A stretch of DNA of 64,000 nt from the NCBI GenBank assembly GCA_028826165.1, contig JAPDFW010000070.1:1054001-1118000 (forward strand), read 5' to 3'. Both the position numbers and the translations under genes were made by a program. The first letter of the stretch is position 1, and each line of letters begins with the position of its first letter. Below, piece after piece: positions 12,775-26,400 of the stretch. The notes below the pieces were generated by a model, which saw only the letters and a list, made by a program, of their open reading frames with translations, searched no databases and was not told where the DNA came from. Origin of the DNA: Anaeramoeba ignava BMAN (lineage: Eukaryota; Protista; Anaeramoebae).

Positions 12775-15700
12775 TTGATTTAAATATCTGATTTAATTTT
12801 GGATTTAATTTTGGATTTAAATATTATTTTAATTTTGGATTTAATTTTGGATTTAATTTTGGATTTAAATATCTGATTTAATTTTGGATTTAATTTTGGA
12901 TTTAAATATTATTTTAATTTTGGATTTAATTTTGGATTTAATTTTGGATTTAAATATTATTTTAATTTTGGATTTAATTTTGGATTTAATTTTGGATTTA
13001 ATTTTGGATTTAATTTTGGATTTAAATATTATTTTAATTTTGGATTTAATTTTGGATTTAAATATTTGATTTAAATATTATTTTAAATATTAATTTAATT
13101 ACTTGATTTAAATATTATTTTAAATATTAATTTAAATATTGATTTAAATATTATTTTAAATATTAATTTAAATATTGGATTTAAATATTTTGGATTTAAA
13201 TATTTTGGATTTAAATATTTTGGATTTAAATATTATTTTAAATATTAATTTAAATATTTTGGATTTAAATATTTTGGATTTAAATATTTTGGATTTAATT
13301 ACTGATTTAATTATTGATTTAAATATTTAATTTAAATATTGATTTAAATATTAATTTAAATATTAATTTAAATATTAATTTAAATATTAATTTAAATATT
13401 GGATTTAAATATTTGATTTAAATATTATTGATTTAAATATTAATTTAAATATTTGATTTAATTATTTTGGATTTAAATATTTTGGATTTAAATATTTTGG
13501 ATTTAAATATTTTGGATTTAAATATTTTGGATTTAATTTTGGATTTAAATATTTTAGATTTAAATATTTTGGATTTAAATATTTTGGATTTAAATATTTT
13601 GGATTTAATTTTAGATTTAAATATTTTGGATTTAAATATTTTGGATTTAAATATTGATTTAAATATTTGATTTAAATATTTGATTTAATTATTGATTTAA
13701 ATATTGATTTAAATATTGATTTAAATATTTTGGATTTAAATATTTGATTTAAATATTGATTTAAATATTAATTTAAATATTTTGGATTTAATTTTGGATT
13801 TAATTTTGGATTTAAATATTAATTTAAATATTAATTTAAATATTTGATTTAAATATTTGATTTAAATATTTTGGATTTAAATATTTTGGATTTAATTATT
13901 TTGGATTTAAATATTTGATTTAAATATTAATTTAATTACTGGATTTAAATATTTTGGATTTAAATATTTTGGATTTAAATATTGATTTAAATATTTTGGA
14001 TTTAAATATTGATTTAAATATTGATTTAAATATTAATTTAAATATTTTGGATTTAATTTTGGATTTAATTTTGGATTTAATTTTGGATTTAATTTTGGAT
14101 TTAATTTTTGGATTTAAATATTATTTTAAATATTAATTTAATTACTTGATTTAAATATTATTTTAAATATTAATTTAAATATTAATTTAAATATTGATTT
14201 AAATATTAATTTAATTATTAATTTAAATATTTGATTTAAATATTATTTTAAATATTAATTTAATTACTTGATTTAAATATTGATTTAAATATTAGATTTA
14301 AATATTTGATTTAAATATTTGATTTAAATATTAGATTTAAATATTTGATTTAAATATTTGATTTAAATATTTGATTTAAATATTTGGATTTAAATATTTG
14401 ATTTAAATATTGATTTAAATATTTGATTTAAATATTTGATTTAAATATTTTGGATTTAAATATTGATTTAAATATTTGATTTAAATATTTGATTTAAATA
14501 TTTGATTTAATTTAAATATTTGATTTATTAATTTAAATATTTGATTTAAATATTAATTTAAATATTTGATTTAAATATTAATTTAAATATTAATTTATTT
14601 GATTTAAATATTGATTTAAATATTTGATTTAAATATTGATTTAAATATTGATTTAAATATTTGATTTAAATATTGATTTAAATATTTGATTTAAATATTG
14701 ATTTAAATATTTGATTTAAATATTGATTTAAATATTGATTTAAATATTTGATTTAAATATTGATTTAAATATTGGATTTAATTGATTTAAATATTTGATT
14801 TAAATATTTGATTTAAATATTGATTTAAATATTTGGATTTAAATATTAATTTAAATATTGATTTAATTATTTGATTTAAATATTGATTTAAATATTGATT
14901 TAAATATTTTGGATTTTAAAATATTTGATTTAAATATTGATTTAAATATTAATTTAAATATTGATTTAAATATTAATTTAAATATTGATTTAAATATTAA
15001 TTTAAATATTGATTTAAATATTAATTTAAATATTTGATTTAAATATTTGATTTAAATATTGATTTAAATATTGATTTAAATATTGATTTAAATATTGATT
15101 TAAATATTTTGATTTAAATATTAATTTAAATATTGATTTAAATATTTGATTTAAATATTAATTTAAATATTTGATTTAAATATTAATTTTAAATATTGAT
15201 TTAAATATTTGATTTAAATATTGATTTAAATATTGATTTAAATATTGATTTAAATATTGATTTTAAATATTAATTTAAATATTGATTTAAATATTAATTT
15301 AAATATTTGATTTAAATATTTGATTTAAATATTTGATTTAATTAATTTAAATATTTGATTTAAATATTAGATTTAAATATTGATTTAATTTTAGATTTAA
15401 ATATTTAATTTAAATATTATTTAGATTTAAATATTTGATTTAAATTTAATTTGGATTTAATTTTGGATTTAAATATTTTGGATTTAATTATTGATTTAAT
15501 TATTGATTTAAATATTGATTTAAATATTAATTTAAATATTTGATTTAAATATTTTGGATTTAAATATTTGATTTAAATATTTTGGATTTAAATATTGATT
15601 TAAATATTTTGGATTTAAATATTGATTTAAATATTTGATTTAAATATTGATTTAAATATTTTGGATTTAATTTTGGATTTAATTTTGGATTTAATTATTG

Positions 15701-15965
15701 ATTTAAATATTGGATTTAAATATTATTTTAAATACTTTGGATTTAATTATGGATTTAAATATTAGATTTAAATATTAATTTAAATATTTGATTTAAATAT
15801 TTGATTTAAATATTAGATTTAAATATTTGATTTAAATATTTGATTTAAATATTTGATTTAAATATTTTGGATTTAAATATTTGATTTAAATATTTGATTT
15901 AAATATTTTTGATTTAAATATTAATTTAAATATTTGATTTAAATATTAATTTAAATATTATGGAT
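12775..15965. repeat. ~3.2 kb satellite of GATTTAAATATT(TT)/GGATTTAATTTT 12-15 bp units
   Basis: Some two hundred or more variant units built on the palindrome ATTTAAAT; the LDLNI-type ORFs are translations of this repeat. Confidence 0.95.
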
Positions 15966-15972
15966 TCAAAAA

Positions 15973-16482
15973 TTAATTCCGGAAAACAGATGCTATTGGA
16001 AAATACAAACAAAAACCCCCAAGAACAGTAAGACCCAAAACAGAATAAATTATTCCAAAAACATATAAAGAATTCGAACAACCTTTCAAATCTGATTTGA
16101 TAATTAAAATTGATAAAATCGCTAAAACAAAATTCGCAATCCCAAAAATTAATTGGCAAATCAAAGTTCTTATACAAAAAAAACTATCTTGTTCTCCATC
16201 ACCCCAAGCATCAATTTCTGTCATAAAACATGAACTGAAAAAATTATGAAACATTGTTAAAGAAAAAGCAAGAAATATTGATCCACCTGAAATTAAATAT
16301 TGAGATAATTTTGTAGAAGTACACTTTTCTTCATTGTCTTTCCCTTTCCAATATGCTCCAGTAATAATAAAACAAATTGAAATTGCTAAGAAGCAAATAT
16401 TTAAAATTAACCAAAGAATATGTAAAAATTTTGATGGTTTTTTTGCATAACCATCTATTGTTGGACAAATTGTCATATCCAT
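15973..16482 (-). CDS. Small four-transmembrane protein (tetraspan-like), unknown function
   Basis: ATG at 16482 (MDMTICP...); four hydrophobic segments with Cys in the loops. Confidence 0.7.
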   Translation of the reverse strand: MDMTICPTIDGYAKKPSKFLHILWLILNICFLAISICFIITGAYWKGKDNEEKCTSTKLSQYLISGGSIFLAFSLTMFHNFFSSCFMTEIDAWGDGEQDSFFCIRTLICQLIFGIANFVLAILSILIIKSDLKGCSNSLYVFGIIYSVLGLTVLGGFCLYFPIASVFRN

Positions 16483-16574
16483 TTTAAAAAGCAAAAAAAA
16501 AATGATAAATAATTTTTGAAAGAATTTAATTTTGAAGAAAAAAGAAAAGAAAAGAAAAGAAAAGAAATTAATTT

Positions 16575-18239
16575 TTAAATGAAATAAGTCTCAAGTTCAT
16601 CAACAACCCATTTATCATAAGAACCAGCTAAATAACTTTTCGATAAAGCAGTTTGATAAATAACTCCATTAGGAAGTGTGTAACTATCGCCAAAATTAGT
16701 ATAACCAGGTTGTAAATTAGAAGATAACTGCAAATCACATCCTGCTCCAAAAATTGGACCATAATTCTCATAACTATTCCTTAAAGCTTCTTTTTCTTGA
16801 CCTTTTTTAACTTTCAATTTTTCTGGCTTCCGATCTCCTTTATCGTTTCTTAATGAAAAAATAAATGCATTTGCATCTGTAATTTTCCCCCAAGATACAT
16901 TATTTTCTGACCATTTTGAAGGATTGCTTGAAAATCCAACTTCAGTAAATCCGCCAAAAATAAAGTTATCTTTTGTTTTGATAATAACTAATGTTTTTCC
17001 TTTATCGCCACAAATATTGTGCCATTTCTTACAATCAAATCCATCTCTTTTTGCTGAAAATCCTTTTTTCATTTTGGAAAAGAAATCATCGTCATTTATC
17101 CATTCTTGTAATTTCTTAACATATTCATTATCTTTAATGATTTCTGAATCCGAAAAAATCTTTTCTAATTCGATTAACTCAAATTTGTATTTAAGCTCCT
17201 CAACTTCTTTTTTCCATTTCTCTTCAATTTCCTTGTTTTTCGCTTCAATTTCTTTATCTTTGTTTTCAATTTCCTTCTCTTTGTTTTCAATTTCTTTATC
17301 TTTGTTTTCAATTTCTTTATCTTTGTTTTGAATAACTTGGTTTTGAATATCAATCACAAAAGAATTGGGAAAAGAATCAAATTGTTTTAATTTATCAAAA
17401 TCTTCTTTTGAAATTGAATCTTTATCAAATAACGAAAAAAAAGAATGAAATAATCTTTTCTTTTCATTTTCCCTTTCTTTTTCTTTCTTTCTTTTTAATC
17501 TTTCATTTCTTTTTTGAGTCCATTCCATTAAAAATTGAAAAAAATCAAATTGAAAATTTTCTTTTTTTTCTTGTTTAAATTGAATAAATTTGATAATTTC
17601 TTCTTCAGTTAAATTGAATAAATTTTCATTATTCTTAATTTTGGAAAAGTTTTGATTTATTAATTCAAAACATTTCATTTCAATTTCATTTAATTTTAAA
17701 TTTCGATTTTGGAAAAAAAATTGGAAAAAATTTGAATAATTAATTGAATTTGAAATTTTTTTTTGAAGAATTTTTTTCAATAAATCCAATTTAAAATAAA
17801 TTGAAATTTGGAATAATTGGAAAAGATTTTCTTGATTCTCAAAAGAAATATTTCCATGATAAATATATTTCAAAATTGATTCCATTTCTTTTTTATTAAA
17901 TTCTTCCAAAGAAATTTGATTAATCTCATTTTCTTCTTTTAAAAACTCATTAAAAAAGGGAGATCTTGTAGATAAAATTGATTTATGAACTTTAAATTCA
18001 AAAGAATTTGATTTATTCTCAACAAAAATTGAAAAATTTTTAAATGAATTTCCATTTAAAAGGTTTGAATAATCTTCAATTAAATTTTTTGTTATTTTTT
18101 TTTGTAAATTTTTGATTTGATTTTCATTTTCATTTTCAATTTGATTTTCAATTTGATTTGCATTTTCAATTTGATTTTCAATTTGATTTTCATTTTGATT
18201 ATTATTATTATTGTTGTTATTGTTGTTATTGTTATTCAT
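16575..18239 (-). CDS. BTB/POZ + coiled-coil + TLDc domain protein
   Basis: BTB motif FKVHKSILSTRSPFF...ILKYIYHG; KDKEIEN heptads; TLDc motifs FSAKRDGF, KGKTLVIIKT..FIFGGFT, AFIFSL, GPIFG, ELETY. Confidence 0.9.
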   Translation of the reverse strand: MNNNNNNNNNNNNNQNENQIENQIENANQIENQIENENENQIKNLQKKITKNLIEDYSNLLNGNSFKNFSIFVENKSNSFEFKVHKSILSTRSPFFNEFLKEENEINQISLEEFNKKEMESILKYIYHGNISFENQENLFQLFQISIYFKLDLLKKILQKKISNSINYSNFFQFFFQNRNLKLNEIEMKCFELINQNFSKIKNNENLFNLTEEEIIKFIQFKQEKKENFQFDFFQFLMEWTQKRNERLKRKKEKERENEKKRLFHSFFSLFDKDSISKEDFDKLKQFDSFPNSFVIDIQNQVIQNKDKEIENKDKEIENKEKEIENKDKEIEAKNKEIEEKWKKEVEELKYKFELIELEKIFSDSEIIKDNEYVKKLQEWINDDDFFSKMKKGFSAKRDGFDCKKWHNICGDKGKTLVIIKTKDNFIFGGFTEVGFSSNPSKWSENNVSWGKITDANAFIFSLRNDKGDRKPEKLKVKKGQEKEALRNSYENYGPIFGAGCDLQLSSNLQPGYTNFGDSYTLPNGVIYQTALSKSYLAGSYDKWVVDELETYFI

Positions 18240-18297
18240 TTTGTTATTAAAAAAAGTGAGAAAAAAATGAGAAAAAAAATGAAAATTTAAAATGCGA

Positions 18298-20030
18298 AAT
18301 TTATTATTTTAAACATAAAATTAAATATTAAATTATATTTTTAAATTAATTTATAAATTAAATATTAAATTAATTCTATTCTTATTTTTTATATTTATAT
18401 GTTAAATATTTAAACAATAAAATATTTAAATCTAAAACAATAAATTATTATTTTAATAATAAAATTAAATATTAAATCATATTTTTAAATTAATTTATAA
18501 ATTGAATATTAAATTAAATCTATTCTTATTTTTATATTTTATGTTAAATATTTAAATAATAAAATATTTAAATCTAAAACAATAAATTATTATTTTAAAC
18601 ATAAAATTAAATATTAAATTATATTTTTAAATTAATTTATAAATTAAATATTAAATTAAACCTATTCTTATTTTTATATTTTTATTTTTAACAATAAAAT
18701 TAAATATTAAATTATATTTTTAAATTAATTTATAAATTAAATATTAAATTAAATTTATTCCCATTTTTATATTTATATGTTAAATATTTAAATAATAAAA
18801 TATTTAAATCTAAAACAATAAATTATTATTTTAAACATAAAATTAAATATTAAATTATATTTTTAAATTAATTTATAAATTAAATATTAAATTAAATCTA
18901 TTCTTATTTTTATATTTATGTTAAATATTTAAATAATAAAATATTTAAATCTAAAACAATAAATTATTATTTTAAACATAAAATTAAATATTAAATTATA
19001 TTTTTAAATTAATTTATAAATTAAATATTAAATTAAATCTATTCTCATTTTTATATTTAATATGTTAAATATTTAAATAATAAAATATTTAAATCTAAAA
19101 CAATAAATTATTATTTTAACAAAATTAAATATTAAATTATATTTTTAAATTAATTTAAATTAAATATTAAATTAAATCTATTCTTATTTTTATATTTATA
19201 TGTTAAATATTTAAATAATAAAATATTTAAATCTAAAACAATAAATTATTATTTTAACATAAAATTAAATATTAAATTATATTTTTTAAATTAATTTATA
19301 AATTAAATATTAAATTAAATCTATTCTTATTTTTATATTTATATGTTAAATATTTAAATAATAAAATATTTAAATCTAAAACATTAAATTATTATTTTAA
19401 ACATAAAATTAAATATTAAATTATATTTTTAAATTAATTTTAAATTAAATATTAAATTAAATCTATTCTTATTTTTATATTTAATAAAGGAAAAATATTT
19501 AAATCTAAAACAATAAATTATTATTTTAAACATAAAATTAAATATTAAATTATATTTTTAAATTAATTTATAAATTAAATATTAAATTAAATTTATTCTT
19601 TTATATTTATATGTTAAATATTTAAATAATAAAATATTTAAATCTAAAACATTAAATTATTATTTTAATAAAATTAAATATTAAATTATATTTTTAAATT
19701 AATTTATAAATTAAATATTAAATTAAATCTATTCCATTTTTATATTTATATGTTAAATATTTAAATAATAAAATATTTAAATCTAAAACATTAAATTATT
19801 ATTTTAAACATAAAATTAAATATTAAATTATATTTTTAAATTAATTTATAAATTAAATATTAAATTAAATCTATTCATTTTTTATATTTATATGTTAAAT
19901 ATTTAAATAATAAAATATTTAAATCTAAAACAATAAATTACAAATTGAATGAATTAAATATTAAATTATATTTTTAAATTAATTTATAAATTAAATATTA
20001 AATTAAATCTATTTTCATTTTTATATTTAA
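18298..20030. repeat. Tandem array of ~140-bp AT-rich unit (about 12 copies)
   Basis: The landmark TAAAACAATAAATT recurs at 18811, 18952, 19096 and 19234 (spacing 138-144 bp). Confidence 0.92.
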
Positions 20031-20109
20031 TAAAGGAAAAATGTTTTATTCAAAATTTTTTTTAATTAAAAAATATTTTTTTTTAAATTTTAAAATTTCA
20101 TTTTTGTCC

Positions 20110-20325
20110 AGCACGAATTTATCCGTGATAAAGAAAGGAATAAATTTAAAATTTAAAAACAACTTTTCTTTATCCCCAAAACGTGCAAAATATTCAAAAA
20201 TAATTTTTTTCTTTTTTTTTTTTCTATCAAATTAAAAAAGAAATAAAATTATTTTTCAATAAGCAGAGCACTGTGTATTTGATTTAGAACCTCACAATCA
20301 TTTATCTGATCGCTTTGTGAAATTT
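20110..20325 (+). ncRNA. Candidate structured small RNA (two-hairpin, H/ACA-like)
   Basis: GC-enriched islands form stems GCACG/CGTGC plus GATAAAGAAAGG/CTTTTCTTTATC followed by AAAATA (ANANNA), and GCAGAGC/GCTTTGT plus TGATT/AATCA. G-U pairs favour the + strand. No clear ACA box. Confidence 0.3.
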
Positions 20326-20610
20326 AATTTAAAGAAAATAATAAAAAATTTAAAATAAAATTAAATTAAAATTAAAATTAAAAAGAAATTTTTTTCTTTT
20401 TTAATTGAATAACTGATGTTTATGTTTTATTGATTAAATTTTTGTTATTATTATTAAATTTATTATTAAATTTATTATTATTATTATTTAAGTTATTAAA
20501 ATTCTTTTTGTTTTTAAAAAGAGAAGTTGTAAAAAAGTTCTGTTTCTTCTTTTTAAAATCTTTTTAAAATCTTTTTAAAATTTTCTTTAATATTTTTATT
20601 ATTTTGATTT

Positions 20611-21556
20611 CTAATAAAAGAATCCAAGAATTTTTCCACCAGTTCTTTTTTTTCTAGCTTCTTCATGATCCATAATTCCATAAGAAGTTGTTAAAACAAT
20701 ATAACCGAATTGTCTTGAAGGAAGTAAATTATTAACCCATGATTCAATATCACCAAGTCCAACATCAAATCTTGGACTTATAACTCCACATTTATTTATT
20801 CTTCCAATTAATTCAACAACTATTTTTCCACTTCTATGATCATCAATAACTTCAAATTCTCCAATATATCCTTTTTTTTTTTTTCAATTTTTGAAAATTT
20901 AAATCAAAATTAAAATTAATATTAAAATCAAAATTAATATTAAAATTAATATTAAAATCAAAATTAAAATAAAAATTAAAATTAAAAATTAAAATTAAAA
21001 TTAAAATTAAAATTAAAATTAAAATTAAAATTAATTAATAATTAAATATATAATTAAAATTCATTTATAAATTAAAATTAAAATTAAAATTAAAATTAAA
21101 ATTAAAATTAAAATTAAAATTAAAATTAAAATTCATTTATAAATTAATATTAAAATTAAAATTAAAATTAAAAATAAAATTAAAAATAAAATTAAAATTA
21201 AAATTAAAATTAAAATTAAAATTAAAATTAAATTAAAATTAAAATTAAAATTAAAATTAAAATTCATTTATAAAATTAAAATTAAATTAAAATCAAAATT
21301 AATATTAAAATTAGAATTAAAATTCATTTATAAATTAATATTAAAATTCATTTATGAAATAATAATAAATTAAAATTAAAATTCATTTATAAAATTAAAA
21401 TTTATAAAATTTATAAAATTTACCATGCTTCATCATAACTTTAAGAAATTTTATTATAACTTTTGATGCTGGTCTAATTAAAACTTGTCTCTTTCCTCTT
21501 TTCTCTGCATTTCTCATTGCAAGTAAACAATCTGCTAAAACAGAAATTCTAACCAT
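20611..21556 (-). CDS. RPS15A: 40S ribosomal protein S15a (uS8)
   Basis: Exon 1 21556-21424 ([28 protein letters not shown]), exon 2 20870-20611 ([36 protein letters not shown]); 130 aa; GT-AG intron. Not in the ORF track. Confidence 0.97.
20890..21420. repeat. Intronic (AAAATT)n / TTCATTTATAAA minisatellite
   Basis: Fills almost the whole RPS15A intron. Confidence 0.85.
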
Positions 21557-21851
21557 TTTAAATTTTTATTTTTTTTTTATATTTTTTTTTTGTTTTTTTT
21601 GTTTTAAAAAGAAAGGAAAATTTAAAAAGAAAAAAAATGAAAAAGAAAATTGAAGAAAAAAAAAAATTTTTTTAATTAAAATTAAATAAAAAAAATAAAA
21701 ATTAGTAATAATTGTGTTTATTTTACTAATTAAAAAAAATAAAAAAAGAAAAAAAAATTTTTTTTTAATTTTTTTTATTTTCATTTTTTTCATTTTCCTT
21801 TCTTTAAAAACAAAAATAATAATAATAATAATTGTGTAAATTCAATTAAAA

Positions 21852-22184
21852 ATGCCACCAAAAAATAAGAAACTTGCACAAGAAGGAATTGGAAACAAAT
21901 TAGCAGTTGTTATGAAAAGTGGAAAATATTTTTTTGGACAAAATCAATGTTTAAAATCACTTCGAAAAAAATCAGCAAAATTAGTTGTGATATCAAATAA
22001 TTGTCCACCTTTAAGACGTTCAGAAATTGAATATTATTCTTTATTAAGTGGTTGTTCTGTTCTTAAATTTAAAGGAAGTAATGTCGATCTTGGAAGATCT
22101 TGTGGTCGTTATTTTAGAGCAAGTGTTGTTACTATTATTGATCCTGGTGATTCAGATATTTTGGATTTATCAAAAGCTAACTAA
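21852..22184 (+). CDS. RPL30: 60S ribosomal protein L30 (eL30)
   Basis: KLAVVMKSGKY, NNCPPLRRSEIEYY, LGRSCGRYFR, IIDPGDSDI. Confidence 0.97.
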   Translation: MPPKNKKLAQEGIGNKLAVVMKSGKYFFGQNQCLKSLRKKSAKLVVISNNCPPLRRSEIEYYSLLSGCSVLKFKGSNVDLGRSCGRYFRASVVTIIDPGDSDILDLSKAN

Positions 22185-22482
22185 ATCCCTTTTTTTCCTT
22201 ATTTTCTTCTCAATTATCCATTCATTTTGTTACTTAAATGAATTGGCTTTTTTCTCTCTTTAAACAAACTTTTTCTTCTTCTTCTTCTTCTTTTGGAAAA
22301 TTTTCTCAAAACAAATCAAATACAAAAATTTTTTTTTTTTAAACAAAATCAAACAAGCACAAATAGAAAAATTAAACCAAAGAAATTACACAATTCAATT
22401 CAATTCAATTTTTTTTTTATTTTATTTTTATTTTTTAATTTTTAATTTTTAATTTTTAATATTCATTTTAAGATTGATTTTA

Positions 22483-22665
<183 letters not shown>

Positions 22666-23465
22666 TTGATTGGATTGTTTTTATTGGTAATTGGATTTTA
22701 ATTGGTGATTGATTGGTAATTTGGGATTGATTTTTGGATTGGTAATTGATTATTTTAAGATTGGATTGATTGGATTTTAATTTTATTGATTGATTGATTT
22801 TAAGATTTTTAATTGTATTATTGGTGGTGGTAATTGATTTTTATTTTGGATATCATTGGTGATTGATTTTTAATTTTTGTAATTTTAAAATTAATCAAAA
22901 AATTTGATTTTTTTTGTTTTAATTTAAATTATTTAAAAAGAAAATTAGAAATAAAAATTAGAATTAATTCATTTTTCTACTTTATTGGTAAATTCATATC
23001 CATATTGGTAATTAATATCTTGATTATTTTGGAAAATTATTCATTGCTTTTAATAATATTGGTTCAATTGGTAATTTAATGTTTTAATTTAATTTTGGTT
23101 TTCTATTTTTATTTTAATTTGGAAATTAAATTGAAATTGGATTAATTTTAATTTTTTATTTTTGGAAATAAAATTGATTAAATTTTGATTAATAATTTAT
23201 TAAAATATTTTTCTCAATTCATTTTTGATATTATTCATTTATTTTTATTTTTAATTTATTTAATTTATTATTATGATTAGCAATATTCCATAATTGGTCC
23301 ACATTGATTTGATATTGAATATTTTGATTATTTGGGAAATTATTCATTGATTTAATAATAGTTTCAATTCGAAAAATGGAAAATTTCAATTTCAATTTTT
23401 TTTTTTTTTTATTTTTTGTTTTGAAAAAAAGAAATGAAAAATGAAAATTTTGAAATTGATTTAAT

Positions 23466-26400
23466 TTAATTGTTTTGTAATTTTTCTAAAGCCAATTTTC
23501 CATATTTTTGAATATTTTGATTATTTGGGAAATTATTCATTGATTTAATAATAGGTTCAATTCCTTTTAAATTTTTAATTTCAATTTGGTTTTCTATTTT
23601 TATATATTTTTAATTTGGTAAATAAATTTGAAATTTGATTAATTTTTTGGATTGATTTTTGGAAATAAATAATTGATTAAAAAATAATTGAATTAAAATA
23701 TTTTTTATTTTTATTTACCATTATTATTAGCAGCAATATTCTTTAAAGCTCTACATCCTTGATATTGAACATTTTGATTATTTGGGAAATTATTCATTGA
23801 TTTAATAATAGTTTCAATTCCTTTTAAATTTCGTATTTCAATTTGGTTTTCTATTTTTTATATATTTTTAATTTGGTAAATGAATTGAAATTGATTAATT
23901 TTTGGTTAATAATAAATAATAATTTATTTACCATTATTAGTAGCAATATTCCATAAAGCTCCACATCCTTGATATTGAATATTTTGATTATTTGGGAAAT
24001 TATTCATTGATTTAATAATAGTTTCAATTCCTTTTAAATTTCGTATTTCAATTTTGTTTTCTATTTTTTATATATTTTTAATTTGGAAAATAAAATTGAA
24101 ATTAATTAATTTTTTGGATTTATTTTTGGAAATAAAATTGATTAAATTTTTGATTAATAATTGATTAAAATAATTTTCTCAATTCATTTTTGATATTATT
24201 CATTTATTTTTATTTTTAATTTTATTTACCTTTATTATTAGCAGTAATATTCCCTAAAGCTCCACATCCATTTTCTTGAATATTTTGATTATTTGGGAAA
24301 TTATTCATTGATTTAATAATAGTTTCAATTCCTTTTAAATTTCGTATTTCAATTTTGTTTTCTATTTTTTATATATTTTTAATTTGGAAAATAAATTTGA
24401 AATTAATTAATTTTTTGATTAATTAAATTGAAATAAAATATTTTTTATTTTTATTTACCATTATTATTAGCAGCAATATTCCATAAAGCTCCACATCCTT
24501 GTTTTGAATATTTTGATTATTTGGGAAATTATTCATTGATTTAATAATAGTTTCAATTCCTTTTAAATTTCGTATTTCAATTTGGTTTTCTATTTTTTAT
24601 ATATTTTTAATTTGGAAAATAAATTTGAAATTAAAATTGGATTAAATTTTTGATTAATAATTAATAATAATTAATAATTAATAATTGAATTAAAATATTT
24701 GAATTTTTGATTGTTTTTAATTACCTTTATTAAAAGATATATTATTTAAAGCTCTACATCCATATTTTTGAATATCTTGATTATTTGGGAAATTATTCAT
24801 TGATTTAATAATAGTTTCAATTCCTTTTAATTTTCGTATTTTAATTTGGTTTTCTATTTTATATATTTTTAATTTAGTAAATAAAATTGAAATTAATTAA
24901 TTTTTTGGATTAATTTTTGGAAATAAAATTGATTAATAAATAATTGAATTAAAATATTTTTTATTTTTATTTACCTTTATTATTAGCAGCAATATTCTTT
25001 AAAGCTCTACATCCTTTATATTGAACATTTTGATTATTTGGGAAATTATTCATTGATTTAATAATAGGTTCAATTCCTTTTAAATTTCGTATTTCAATTT
25101 TGTTTTCTATTTTTTATATATTTTTAATTTGGAAAATGAATTGAAATTAATTAATTTTTGGTTAATAATTAATAATAAATAATAAATAATTGGTTAAATT
25201 AATTTTTTTAATTTTATTTACCATTATTAGTAGCAATATTCCCTAAAGCTCCACATCCATTTTCTTGAATATTTTGGTTATTTGGGAAATTATTCATTGA
25301 TTTAATAATAGTTTCAATTCCTTTTAAATTTCGTATTTCAATTTTGTTTTCTATTTTTTATATATTTTTAATTTGGAAAATAAAATTGAAATTAATTAAT
25401 TTTTTGGATTAATTTTTGGAAATAAAATTGATTAAATTTTTGATTAATAGTTGATTAAAATAATTTTCTCAATTCATTTTTGATATTATTCATTTATTTT
25501 TATTTTTAATTTATTTACCATTATTAGCAGTAATATTCCCTAAAGCTCCACATCCATTTTCTTGAATATTTTGGTTATTTGGGAAATTATTCATTGCTTT
25601 AATAATAGTTTCAATTCCTTTTAAATTTCGTATTTCAATTTTGTTTTCTATTTTTTATATATTTTTAATTTGGAAAATAAATTGAAATTGAAATGGATTA
25701 ATTTTTTGATTAATAATTGATAATAAATAATTGAATAAAAATAGTTTTCTAAATGATTTATTTATTTTTTAATTTTATTTACCATTATTAGTAGCAATAT
25801 TCCATAAAGCTCCACATCCATTTTTTTGAATATTTTGATTATTTGGGAAATTATTCATTGCTTTAATAATAAGTTCAATCCCTTTTAAATTTCGTATTTC
25901 AATTTTGTTTTCTATTTTTTATATATTTTTAATTTGGTAAATAAAATTGAAATTAATTAATTTTTTGGATTGATTTTTGGAAATAAATAATTGATTAAAA
26001 AATAATTGAATTAAAATATTTTTTATTTTTATTTACCATTATTATTAACAGTAATATTCTTTAAAGCTCTACATCCTTTATATTGAACATTTTGATTATT
26101 TGGGAAATTATTCATTGATTTAATAATAGGTTCAATTCCTTTTAAATTTTTAATTTCAATTTGGTTTTCTATTTTTTATATTTTAATTTGAAATGAATTT
26201 GGAATTGATTAATTTTTGGATTAATAAAATTAATAATAAATAATTGGTTAAATTAATTTTTACCATTATTATTAACAATATTGATAAAGCTCCACATCCA
26301 TATTTTTGAATATTTTGATTATTTGGGAAATTATTCATTGATTTAATAATAGTTTCAATTCCTTTTAAATTTCGTATTTCAATTTTGTTTTCTATTTTTT

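Noticed and set aside
12884-14136. ORFs encoding LDLNI repeats
   Set aside because: These are translations of satellite DNA.
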